A stretch of DNA of 64,000 nt from Deltaproteobacteria bacterium (lineage in GTDB: Bacteria > Desulfobacterota > Desulfuromonadia > Desulfuromonadales > JAAYDE01). Shown piece by piece: positions 10,401-19,820 of the stretch (positions within the stretch are counted from its first letter, which is position 1; each line of letters starts with the position of its first letter). The stretch is taken from NCBI GenBank assembly GCA_012729375.1, contig JAAYDE010000035.1:3222-67221 (forward strand), written 5' to 3'. The notes beneath the pieces are model-generated. The model did no database searches. It was not told where the DNA came from and saw only the letters and a list, made by a program, of their open reading frames with translations. Made by a program: the position numbers and the translations under genes.

Positions 10401-10574
10401 ACCGCCCATTTCCGCCTCACCGGCCAACGCGCCGACCCGCAGGTCGAGGCGATTCCGGTTTCCTCCCTGTCGGACAAGGCGGTGGGGGTCTTCCGCCGCA
10501 TTCTGCAACTCCCCGGCAGGATCATCACCAACCCTCGGGAATTGATGGGCGGACCCGGAAAAACCGCGCCGTGA
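7401..10574 (+). CDS. AsmA/YhdP-like large envelope protein
   Basis: 1057 aa. N-terminal anchor KRLPWIRLLLLVLVLTCAGGAAAF followed by an AsmA-type beginning (LAVGEVRLRFFPTPALDFKDI). The C-terminus GMPFDRITATGDLNQGILASENLLVDSTSMKLSLVGNLDL...ITAHFRLTG is typical of the AsmA_2/YhdP end. The start could be ATG 7416. Confidence 0.85.
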   Translation: MACRFMSKRLPWIRLLLLVLVLTCAGGAAAFLCVSRADLQPFLQRELSKALGRPLAVGEVRLRFFPTPALDFKDIAIESPGEVIAAAHIPHLHVQPEFLPLLQGKLLFNKITLQSPLLKIDLAHLGNGDAAAGPERKNISGPIKLKTLRLRQGNLTLIHSTDSRFPSPLLIPNVNGRLVMKADHPLILMVDGELSMDGVPAPFSGDFSWAGGDAWRRETLSGKLQLTRLPLPFLVRRIPGWAAVQAAGNLDIALRVQGTPAAGAVIDLAVTGDNAAVSAPGLAPNPLPVKKATLHAIWHSDRERELFSHLALDLGGPQVTGMAALEKRPEGLWLKTELASPPLTTADLPLAAAQSAPLQGKVAVKSCVYDGPVAAMARFPQDLAPLRAELRLTEIATKTPATTKLEKGEGTLFWEGNRLRLDNGRFVLGNSAGELSVIVDDLFNKSIPTKLQATGSLPLGALAVAIPEKNRNGLPVEGLLPFRAQGSEMEGAFRIDLEADLASLVKNLSGRGVLAADTPAALALSLDLNRETWRLQKGSLTCGPVALKASGDGRFQNLRDFRLRLDSDALLLAKIGAAFPQLHRWKLRGQAALNATLSGTREGPPRIDGELRLAGAGMRTTPMLADLNDINGRFLFSPEGIKADQVTGLLGTSPLRIVTTALSDFSNPVLTLHVQGPQIRAEELIFPSDQAYLYDVDGRLRIDAKELRFEKVDVTLGQGTKATVRGHVRNFKEPETWLHITSREAIIDEVIALWQRSVPKPKEPPRRKEVKLLIDMAVAKGSLDGFHFTQAVGQLRLKEGKIVIHPVDFRAGPGFGQGQIIVDPRPAGPAQLRISGHVENLDAATISRQVLEAESIATGSLSGDFYLECRAEKGFLTSSQGKFSAAIGNGVLKEFKTLAKVFSLLNVSQLFSMKLPDMSREGMPFDRITATGDLNQGILASENLLVDSTSMKLSLVGNLDLKNDRIDAVMGVRPLGTVDTVMSRIPIAGWVLGGEEKALITAHFRLTGQRADPQVEAIPVSSLSDKAVGVFRRILQLPGRIITNPRELMGGPGKTAP

Positions 10575-10591
10575 CCGTACTTCTTCCCCTG

Positions 10592-11302
10592 TCACCCCTT
10601 ACGCACGGCGGCGTGGAGAGTGACGATGCCGAAAGTCATCGGCGTCTGGGCGACAATTTCAAAACCGGCCTCTTCCATAAGATGGCGGAACTGGTCACAG
10701 TCGGGGAAATCCGCCACCGAGCGGGGCAGATAGCGGTAGGCCTCCCGCCGGGAGAAAAACCCGGCCAGCCAGGGAAGAAGTTTCCGGAAGTAGAAATGGT
10801 AGAGGACGCGAACGGGCGGATTTGCCGGAGTCGACAGTTCCAGCACCAGCAGTTTGCCGCCGGGGCGGAGCACCCGGCGCAACTCCTGCAGCCCCCTGGA
10901 GCGGTCGGCGACATTACGGATGCCGAAGGCGATAACCGCCCCGTCGAAGGTCCCGTCGCCATGGGGAATCGCCTCGCAGCGGGCGGCCACCGGAAAGATC
11001 CGCTGCCCCAGCCCGGCACGGCGGATCTTGGCGTTAGCACGCTGAAGCATTCCCGCCGAGAAATCGGCGGCAACGATGAGATCCGCCTGGGGATAGCGGC
11101 GGGCGATCTCCAGAGCGACATCGCCGGTGCCGCTGGCCATGTCCAGAATCCGCTGGCTGGCCTTGACATTCAGGCAGAGAACCGCTTTTCTCCGCCACCG
11201 GCGGTCGATGCCGAGGGAGAGAAGATGATTGAGGAGATCGTAACGGCCGGCGATGCCGTCAAACATCTCCCGAATGTCGTGGCCCTTGTTTTTCTCCACC
11301 AC
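10592..11302 (-). CDS. ubiE: Demethylmenaquinone / ubiquinone C-methyltransferase
   Basis: MFDGIAGRYDLLNHLLSLGIDRRWRRKAV and the SAM motif ILDMASGTGDVA. Start placed at GTG 11302 (..VEKNKGHDIREMFD), giving a ~236-aa protein. The track ORF to 11482 would overlap the divergent NUDIX gene. Confidence 0.88.
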   Translation of the reverse strand: MVEKNKGHDIREMFDGIAGRYDLLNHLLSLGIDRRWRRKAVLCLNVKASQRILDMASGTGDVALEIARRYPQADLIVAADFSAGMLQRANAKIRRAGLGQRIFPVAARCEAIPHGDGTFDGAVIAFGIRNVADRSRGLQELRRVLRPGGKLLVLELSTPANPPVRVLYHFYFRKLLPWLAGFFSRREAYRYLPRSVADFPDCDQFRHLMEEAGFEIVAQTPMTFGIVTLHAAVRKG

Positions 11303-11369
11303 CAATCCACAATCGGACAAAATTCGGCCTGTTGCCCTCGGCGCCAGGAGAAAAGGAGCGACAATAGCG

Positions 11370-11753
11370 ATGCAGCCCCTGATCGTCACCGCCGCCGTTT
11401 TAAGAAAAGACGGCCGGATTCTCATCACCCGCCGGCCGCAAGGGAAACCCCATGGAGGGTTATGGGAATTTCCCGGCGGCAAACTGGAAGGATACGAATC
11501 CCCCGAGGAGTGCCTGCGCCGGGAAATCGATGAAGAACTGGCCCTGGAAATCGACGTCGAAGGGATTTTCGAGGTCGTTCACCACCGCTACGAATGGGGG
11601 CCGGTGCTGATTCTGGCCTACGACTGCCGCCCCCGCGGCGGCGCCATCCGCAACCTGGGGGTGACCGAACATCGCTGGGTCTTGCCCGGGGAGCTGGCCC
11701 GCTTCCCGCTCCTTCCCGCCGACGTGCCGATCGTCAGGAAGCTGAGCAGGTAA
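11370..11753 (+). CDS. NUDIX hydrolase, MutT/NudG-like
   Basis: Start trimmed to MQPLIVTAAVLRKDGRILI. NUDIX box present: GGLWEFPGGKLEGYESPEECLRREIDEELAL. Confidence 0.9.
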   Translation: MQPLIVTAAVLRKDGRILITRRPQGKPHGGLWEFPGGKLEGYESPEECLRREIDEELALEIDVEGIFEVVHHRYEWGPVLILAYDCRPRGGAIRNLGVTEHRWVLPGELARFPLLPADVPIVRKLSR

Positions 11754-11762
11754 GTTCCGGCC

Positions 11763-12425
11763 TCAATCCCCAGTACCGGCCAGGGTTCCCGGCGGCGCCA
11801 GAAAGGCCCGCGCCGGAGCCGCCTCGCAATCCCTTATCCGCAGTGGCAAGCAAATCAAATCGTAGTTTCCAGGCTGCACTTTGCGCAGATCGAGCCCCTC
11901 CAGAATCCACACCCCCGCCGCCAATAGCCGCGGGTGGACATCCTGTTCCGGCTGCATGGAACCGATGGAGAGGTAATCGATCCCGACCAGGGCCACCCCC
12001 TTGGCGATGAGGAAAGCAGCTCCGTCGAGGGCCACAAAAGCGTAATCCGAACGGAATCTTTCCTCCTTCCAGTAAGACGAGTTGGCGGTTTTAAACAGCA
12101 CCCGGCGGCATCCCGGCAGCAGGGTATTGCTGAGAATCTGCGCACCGATTGCAGAAGTCCCGAGGATTTCGACAACCTGTACCGGCCCGTTGACGGCGGA
12201 GCAGGAAAAGGATTCCATATCGCCGGCGCCGGCGATAAAATGGCTCGGGGCGTCGAGATGGGTGCCGCAATGGACGCCCAGGCTCAGGGCCGAAACCGTG
12301 GCCTCGTCGCCGCCGGCCACTTCAGCAAGGCGGCTGAGACAAAACGGCGGATCGCCGGGCCAGACGGGAAGCTCGGGCCGGAGCGCCACCGAGATGTCGA
12401 TCCAGGGAATGCCGTTTTTCGCCAT
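11763..12425 (-). CDS. Cyclase family protein (kynurenine formamidase-like)
   Basis: 220 aa with the motif HCGTHLDAPSHF, characteristic of the putative cyclase/arylformamidase family. Confidence 0.8.
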   Translation of the reverse strand: MAKNGIPWIDISVALRPELPVWPGDPPFCLSRLAEVAGGDEATVSALSLGVHCGTHLDAPSHFIAGAGDMESFSCSAVNGPVQVVEILGTSAIGAQILSNTLLPGCRRVLFKTANSSYWKEERFRSDYAFVALDGAAFLIAKGVALVGIDYLSIGSMQPEQDVHPRLLAAGVWILEGLDLRKVQPGNYDLICLPLRIRDCEAAPARAFLAPPGTLAGTGD

Positions 12426-12428
12426 GCT

Positions 12429-12634
12429 TCAAAACCCTATTCCAGCGCAAAACCGCCGGGAACGCTGAAAGGCTTCCTGGGCGGTTTTGCCTTTTCCGGG
12501 CCGTCCGCCAAATACGTTCAACGGCGCAAACCCCTCGCCAGCCACCCAATGCCGCCGGCACTTCCCCGGACGAAGGGCAGAATCTTTCTTCGCGCCTTTC
12601 TTGCCCCGCTTGGCATCCTTTTGCCGTGAAGACA

Positions 12635-12635
<1 letters not shown>
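12429..12635 (-). CDS. Hypothetical small basic protein (68 aa)
   Basis: Its ATG overlaps the glnS stop (TGATG) and its stop lies 3 nt before the cyclase ATG. Third-position GC looks coding-like. No recognisable family. Confidence 0.4.
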
Positions 12636-14347
<1,712 letters not shown>

Positions 14348-14686
14348 GTTCCTCAATTCCTCCTGGGCAACAGCCCCCTCGGTCCGGAAATAGACCGCCA
14401 AAAACATTCCGCCAAATATACAACCCTCTTCCCGCAAATACCAGGGATCCGCCCGTCGAGAAGGGGTTTACCCCTCTTCCCCGGTGACTGTCGGGAATTT
14501 TTACATCCCCGCCGGAACCGTGCCGCGACAGTCTCCGCTTTTCCCTGAAAAGAAATCATAAATGATTAATTTTAAAAGAATTTTTTGAGGTTCGTGGGCA
14601 TTTGATCGGTGTCGGAATTCTTTATAAATGGTCACCAATTCCCGGTCATCCCAAAATTTTATCAATAAATACAAGTGGTTATTTCT

Positions 14687-14702
14687 TGGCACGGCAAATG
14701 CT
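14687..14702 (+). promoter_or_regulatory. Putative sigma54 (-24/-12) promoter
   Basis: TGGCACG-GCAA-ATGCT compared with the consensus TGGCACG-N4-TTGCW. The GG and GC elements have exact spacing. It lies about 210 nt upstream of the PEP-CTERM gene in an AT-rich gap. Confidence 0.55.
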
Positions 14703-14910
14703 GAAGGTAATAGGTAAGCGCTTCACCATGTGCCGGAATAATTAAGAAGCAACCGCACCGCTTGAAAGCCGCCGCTCTGACATCCGTGGGGCATTTATAA
14801 AATACCGGATTCCTGTTTGGCGACGGCTCCCGGAAAGGTAGACGCTGCTCCCTTTAACAAAGAAAAAGATACGCTAACCGAAACGCAAAACCAAGGAAAG
14901 GATAAACAAA

Positions 14911-15606
14911 ATGATGAAGAAAATTAAATTGTTTTTGCTTCTTGCACCGTTATCATTGGTGTTTGCAGGCACCCTTTCCGCTTACCCCGTCAACGTGGGG
15001 GATACGCTCAACTTCAGCCTCGGCCAGGGCACCAGCCAATGGGTGAGCGCCAGCAACGGCTCGACTCTCTACGGTTGGGTGGGGGAATTATCCGTTTATC
15101 CCGCCGACAGTTCTGACCTGCTTTTCTCTACTTTCTGTCTGGAGATGGACGAAACCCTTGGAACAGGTCTGCCTTTCAGGGTTGGAAGCATCAACGACTA
15201 CGCCTCCCTTGGCGGAGCCAATACCAACGATAACGATCCCCTTTCCAAAGCCACAAAATGGCTTTACTGGAACTACGTGACCGGGAATCTCGATGATGCC
15301 GTTTCGGGCTATTCCTATGGCGCCAACAGCTCCGCCAATGCTCTTCAAAGAGCCGTCTGGTTCCTTGAAGAGGAAATCACCTCGGTGTCGGGACTGGCCG
15401 AATTACTTGCCAAGGCAGCTTTAGATGCCGAACTCGCTCAGGCCTACTCCGGCGATGTCGCCGTCATTAATCTTCTGTTCGCGGACGGAAGCAGGGCTCA
15501 GGACGTTCTGGTGGCCTCGGCTCCCGTACCCGAACCCTCCACCCTGTTGCTGCTGGGCGCCGGCATGGTCGGTGTTGCCCTGTCCCGCCGCCGGGCCAGA
15601 AAATAA
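14911..15606 (+). CDS. PEP-CTERM sorting-domain surface protein (thioester-domain-like motifs, see findings)
   Basis: Signal peptide MMKKIKLFLLLAPLSLVFAGTLSA. C-terminal VPEPSTLLLLGAGMVGVALSRRRARK is a PEP motif, TM helix and Arg-rich tail. AAGGAAAGG lies upstream of the ATG. Confidence 0.9.
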   Translation: MMKKIKLFLLLAPLSLVFAGTLSAYPVNVGDTLNFSLGQGTSQWVSASNGSTLYGWVGELSVYPADSSDLLFSTFCLEMDETLGTGLPFRVGSINDYASLGGANTNDNDPLSKATKWLYWNYVTGNLDDAVSGYSYGANSSANALQRAVWFLEEEITSVSGLAELLAKAALDAELAQAYSGDVAVINLLFADGSRAQDVLVASAPVPEPSTLLLLGAGMVGVALSRRRARK

Positions 15607-15634
15607 AGTTGCGTTGCCTCCGCCAAATCCATCC

Positions 15635-15662
15635 GGGAGATGCGCAGCATCTCCCTTTTTTT
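15635..15662 (+). terminator. Rho-independent terminator of the PEP-CTERM gene
   Basis: GGGAGATGC-GCA-GCATCTCCC followed by a T7 run, 29 nt after the stop codon. Confidence 0.8.
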
Positions 15663-15815
15663 GTCAAAGACAAAGCCGCGGATACATCGGACCGGGAACA
15701 ACCGCGCGGAACCTATTTTTCCCACAGCCCATTCCTCATATTGTTCCAATCCCGCCACCATGGTATTTTAGCCGATATCTGGCGACAAAATTCACCTGAT
15801 CGAAAAATTGACGAA

Positions 15816-17252
15816 ATGGCTGACGCCCAGATCCAATCCCTGCTGAAAAAAATTCCTGCCGTGGATCGTCTTCTCGATGAGCCGTCCATCATGGCCCTTC
15901 TTTCCCGCGCCCCTCGTGATCTGGTTACCGGTGCCGTTCGCGACGTTTTGGCCGAAATCCGTGAAAAAACAATTCATAACGGCCGTTCGCCGGAGGAAAA
16001 GCTGGATCCCCCCAACCTGGCGCTGAAAGCAGTACGTCTCGCCGAAAGCCGCCTGCGTCCCTCCCTGCGCCGGGTCGTCAACGCTACCGGCACCCTGATC
16101 CATACCAACTTGGGAAGAGCGCCATTGAGCGCCGCGGCACTCCGGGCCATCGCGGATATTGCCGTCTCCTATTCCAATTTGGAATACGATCTGCAATTGG
16201 GTCAAAGGGGAAAACGCCACACCCACGTGGAGGAACTGCTCTGCCGCCTGACCGGGGCCGAGGCGGCGACGGTGGTCAACAACAACGCCGGGGCCACACT
16301 GTTGGCGCTGGGCGCCCTGGCCGCCGGCAAAGAAGCCATCGTCTCGCGGGGGGAGCTGGTGGAAATCGGCGGCAGCTTCCGAATGCCGGAAGTGATGGCC
16401 ACCGGCGGTGTGGTCATGCGCGAGGTCGGCACCACCAACAAGACCCATCTGCGGGATTATTGCCAGGCCATCGGCCCGGAAACCGCCCTGCTCCTCAAGG
16501 TTCACACCAGCAATTACCGCATCGTCGGTTTCACCGAACAGGTTTCTTCCACGGACCTGGTCCGTTTGGGAAGACAAAAGGGGATTCCGGTGATGGAGGA
16601 CCTGGGAAGCGGCATGCTTCTCGATCTCTCATGCTACGGCCTGCCCAGGGAGCCGACGGTGCGGGAGACCGTCGAGGCGGGAATCGACATCCTTACCTTC
16701 AGCGGCGACAAACTGCTGGGCGGACCGCAGGCCGGGATCATCCTGGGGCGCAGGGAAGCCGTCGAACGTATCCGCCACCACCCTTTGGCCCGCGCCCTGC
16801 GTATCGACAAACTGACTCTGGCCGGTCTGGAAGCGACCTTGCGCCATTACCTCGATCGCGAGGAAGCGCTCCGGGAAATCCCGATTCTGCGCATGTTGGC
16901 CATGGCGCCGGAGAAAACCCGCGAGAAAAGCGAAAGGCTGCTCGCTCTGGTGCAAAAAAGGGGATGGGATTTCCAGGCGGAAGTCATCCCGGAAAGCTCG
17001 CGGGTCGGCGGCGGCGCCCTGCCACTCACCGAACTGCCCGGTTTCGCCGTGGCCGTCACCCCCCTGGGGATGAGCACCGCCCTTCTTGCCCAAAGACTCC
17101 GTGCCGCGGCGCCGCCGGTCATCGGCCGTATCCAGGAGAACCGTCTGCTGTTCAACCCGCGCACTCTGGCCGAAGGGGAAGAGGAACTGGTGGCTGCTTC
17201 CCTGAATCAGGTCCTGGGCCACAAATCCCCGGAAGAAAATCATCAGGACTGA
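15816..17252 (+). CDS. selA: L-seryl-tRNA(Sec) selenium transferase
   Basis: Start trimmed to MADAQIQSLLKKIPAVDRLL (ATG 15816). PLP-lysine region FSGDKLLGGPQAGII. Overall SelA pattern. Confidence 0.93.
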   Translation: MADAQIQSLLKKIPAVDRLLDEPSIMALLSRAPRDLVTGAVRDVLAEIREKTIHNGRSPEEKLDPPNLALKAVRLAESRLRPSLRRVVNATGTLIHTNLGRAPLSAAALRAIADIAVSYSNLEYDLQLGQRGKRHTHVEELLCRLTGAEAATVVNNNAGATLLALGALAAGKEAIVSRGELVEIGGSFRMPEVMATGGVVMREVGTTNKTHLRDYCQAIGPETALLLKVHTSNYRIVGFTEQVSSTDLVRLGRQKGIPVMEDLGSGMLLDLSCYGLPREPTVRETVEAGIDILTFSGDKLLGGPQAGIILGRREAVERIRHHPLARALRIDKLTLAGLEATLRHYLDREEALREIPILRMLAMAPEKTREKSERLLALVQKRGWDFQAEVIPESSRVGGGALPLTELPGFAVAVTPLGMSTALLAQRLRAAAPPVIGRIQENRLLFNPRTLAEGEEELVAASLNQVLGHKSPEENHQD

Positions 17253-17602
17253 ATATCTGACTGAGCCGGACGCACCTGACGCCGTTCGCCCGAAGCGCCG
17301 GCTGAGCGGCCAAACTGGACCATTTCTGAGGCTGTGCCGAAGAACCGGCCGGTGTGCGCCAGATCGGGCACGGGGCGCGGCCGGGGTGCTTGCAGCATGT
17401 CGCAGGACAAGGAGCGAGGACGGCTTAAAACGGCGCGCAATCGCTGCCTGCCGCAGAAGGCATCAGGAATGCTTCAGCCCAAACGAGGAAACCACCAGGG
17501 GCGAAAACGGGTAGACCTTCCACGGCTGATCGGATCGCTACCCTGGCGGCCCGATGGGTCAAGCCCGTTCCCTGAGCAAAGAAGCGGGCACACCTCGGCC
17601 GG

Positions 17603-17926
17603 CTAAAAAATCATTCCGCCAAGCCAATAAAGCAACATCCCCACCAGCACCGTCCCCCCCAGGCTGCGGGTCTTGAGAGACAACAGCAGGGTCGGAATCG
17701 CTACCAGCAGTTCCAGCTTGCCAAAGGAAAAACTGCGGGTTGCGCCATCTGCAAAAAGCGTCGGCGCCAGAAGAGCGCTGAGGATCGCCACCGGGATCAG
17801 CGCCAGCCAATCGATTAGCCATTGGGGCATCTGCCGGTGAGCGAAGTAGAGAAGGGGACAGGCACGGGGGAGGTAGGTTACCAGGCCCATGGCGCCGAAG
17901 AGGAAAAGATAGTCGTAAAAACTCAT
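17603..17926 (-). CDS. azlD: Branched-chain amino acid transport protein AzlD
   Basis: 107 aa and highly hydrophobic, with AzlD-like start MSFYDYLFLFGAMGLVTYLPRACPLL. 4-nt overlap with azlC. Confidence 0.8.
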   Translation of the reverse strand: MSFYDYLFLFGAMGLVTYLPRACPLLYFAHRQMPQWLIDWLALIPVAILSALLAPTLFADGATRSFSFGKLELLVAIPTLLLSLKTRSLGGTVLVGMLLYWLGGMIF

Positions 17927-18624
17927 CTTTCCCTCAGCCTCCGTCGCTGCAGCAGGTAACCCAAAGTGGCGGCGCTTATGGAGGCGCCGACGATATAGGA
18001 ATCACCGGGAATCAGCAGAAACCAGGCGGTGGAGACCAGGGCCGCCAGTAAACCGGTGATGACGTAAATGCGCCCCCGCAGCTGGAAAACCAAAAGGCAG
18101 ATGAACATCCCGGTGAGAGCGTAATCGATGCCGAGGGCCCCCGGGGGGACAAACTGGCCGACCAGGGCGCCGCCGATGGTGGCCAGAAGCCAGGTGCCAT
18201 TGGCCAGGTGGTTGACGGCCAGGGCCCGCCAGCGGTCCCAGTCCCCCTCCCGGAAACGGGTCAGGTTGACGGCGAAGCTTTCATCGGTGACGCCGTAGGA
18301 ATAGAGGGCCAGAAACCGCCGGCTCACCCCCGGCAGGTATACCGCCAGGGCGGAACTCATCAGCACATGGCGCAGGTTGACGACAAAGGTGGTGGCGATG
18401 ATGGCCGACAGCGACGCGCCGGCGGCGAGCATGGCGACACAGATGAACTGGGCGCTGCCGGCGAAAACCAGAATGGACATCATCGCCACCGCCCACCAGG
18501 GAAGCCCGGCCTTCTGGGCCAGCACACCCAGGGCCAGGCCGATCGGCATATAACCAAGACAGATCGGCCAGGCGGCATTCGCCCCCTGGCGCAACGTTTT
18601 CAGAATACCCTGGCGAAGGTTCAT
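17923..18624 (-). CDS. azlC: AzlC family branched-chain amino acid permease
   Basis: Start trimmed to MNLRQGILKTLRQGANAAWPICLGYMPIGLALG (ATG 18624). Multi-TM protein of the AzlC pattern. Confidence 0.82.
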   Translation of the reverse strand: MNLRQGILKTLRQGANAAWPICLGYMPIGLALGVLAQKAGLPWWAVAMMSILVFAGSAQFICVAMLAAGASLSAIIATTFVVNLRHVLMSSALAVYLPGVSRRFLALYSYGVTDESFAVNLTRFREGDWDRWRALAVNHLANGTWLLATIGGALVGQFVPPGALGIDYALTGMFICLLVFQLRGRIYVITGLLAALVSTAWFLLIPGDSYIVGASISAATLGYLLQRRRLRER

Positions 18625-19185
18625 GATCCGGTGGACAAAAGACAAATCAAGGCAAAGGGGATATTCCTCACTCCAACGATCTCGGGTATTGTTGCCATTC
18701 CTCCGTCGATTGTCCATAAAAAGGATATAAATGCCGGCCTGTTTTCCAAAAAAAACAGCTCTGGCCAAGACATGTCCCTGTCCTGCCGCTGTAGCCTCTT
18801 GTGGAGGGGAAAGCACCGAAAGCGATGGGCCGGCCGTGCTTCCAATCCGTCGTTCTCTTCAAAATCACGGCGTTTTTCAGGAAAGCAACGGATTTCGGCG
18901 GGGGTTGCCATCAGCGTGGCCAATTCGCTCACGGCAACTGGGAATGGCTGCAAAACCCTGGAAATATAGCTGAAAACAGCTGTCTCCACCGTGCCGGTTC
19001 AGTTTTCTTTGCGGCATTGCTCCCGCTGTTTTCAGTTCAGGTTTCGGGGAAAGAAAGGACTTGGGAAGGGATTGAAAAACATTTGTATTGTATGCTGGGA
19101 TGATTCCATGTTATGTTGTCATCACTAAAGCACGTTTGTGGAGATTTTTACTCGATGGGCTGGCGCGGTGTCAACCCTGAACAGA

Positions 19186-19216
19186 ACACGCAGACCGGTT
19201 TGGCTGTGTGTTTTTT
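19186..19216 (+). terminator. Terminator-like hairpin plus T6 in the csp upstream leader (attenuator or sRNA 3' end?)
   Basis: ACACGCAGACC-GGTTT-GGCTGTGTGT (one G-U pair, one bulged A) followed by TTTTTT. It ends 60 nt before the csp start codon. Confidence 0.4.
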
Positions 19217-19276
19217 CTTTATTTAAGAGTCATTAATCTTCACAAAAAATCTTTATCTGGAAACAAGGAGAAAAAA

Positions 19277-19477
19277 GTGGCAGAAGGAACAGTAAAATGG
19301 TTTAACGACAGCAAGGGTTTCGGTTTTATTCAGCAGGACAATGGACCGGATGTTTTTGTTCATTTTTCCGCAATTCAGGGAGATGGATTCAAATCTCTAT
19401 CCGAGGGAGATCGTGTGACTTTCGATGTCACCAACGGTCCCAAGGGCCCCCAATCCGCCAATGTACGCAAAATCTGA
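19277..19477 (+). CDS. cspA: Cold-shock protein (CspA family)
   Basis: GTG start 19277 with AAGGAG 6 nt upstream. RNP1 KGFGFI and RNP2 VFVHF. 66 aa. Confidence 0.95.
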   Translation: MAEGTVKWFNDSKGFGFIQQDNGPDVFVHFSAIQGDGFKSLSEGDRVTFDVTNGPKGPQSANVRKI

Positions 19478-19501
19478 TTTTGTAAATTAAGTGTCGATGT
19501 C

Positions 19502-19545
19502 GAAGAAGCCTTGCGATAATTCGTAAGGCTTCTTTATTTAGTTTT
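19502..19545 (+). terminator. Rho-independent terminator of csp
   Basis: GAAGAAGCCTTGCGA-TAAT-TCGTAAGGCTTCTTT (15-bp stem with one G-U pair), followed by a T-rich tract. Confidence 0.8.
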
Positions 19546-19820
19546 CACCCGAAAGCGGTTCTTTTTTGTAATCCCGGCGTCAATCTGTGTTCTTGCTTGG
19601 TTGACATACCGTTTGTGCGACTCCGCACCAGAGCCGGATTTCCTTGACCTGGCAAAAAACTTCTCGCTCCCGGTATGAAAACAGGACTCGCTCCCTCCTG
19701 CGTCTCCGGATGAAAACTATTTAAAAAAACAGTTTTTTCAGATTAAATCCTGGACACCGATAAAGTCTGACGTACTTTTTCCAGATGCAATCCAACGTTG
19801 CATGACGGGAGTATCAATAA

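Noticed and set aside
14501-14692. 63-aa minus-strand ORF in the glnS / PEP-CTERM intergenic region.
   Set aside because: AT-rich promoter-type DNA, an implausible Ile/Lys/Phe-rich translation, and overlap with the sigma54 promoter element.
14700-14910. c-di-GMP/cGAMP (GEMM-I) riboswitch in the long leader of the PEP-CTERM gene, suggested by ACGCAAAACC near 14885.
   Set aside because: Only this one short element resembles the ACGCAAAGCC box. The GGGCAAA element and the paired P1/P2 hairpins are absent.
17253-17602. tRNA-Sec (selC) next to selA.
   Set aside because: No acceptor/T-arm pairing, no GTTCGA-type T-loop and no TCA anticodon loop could be drawn on either strand.
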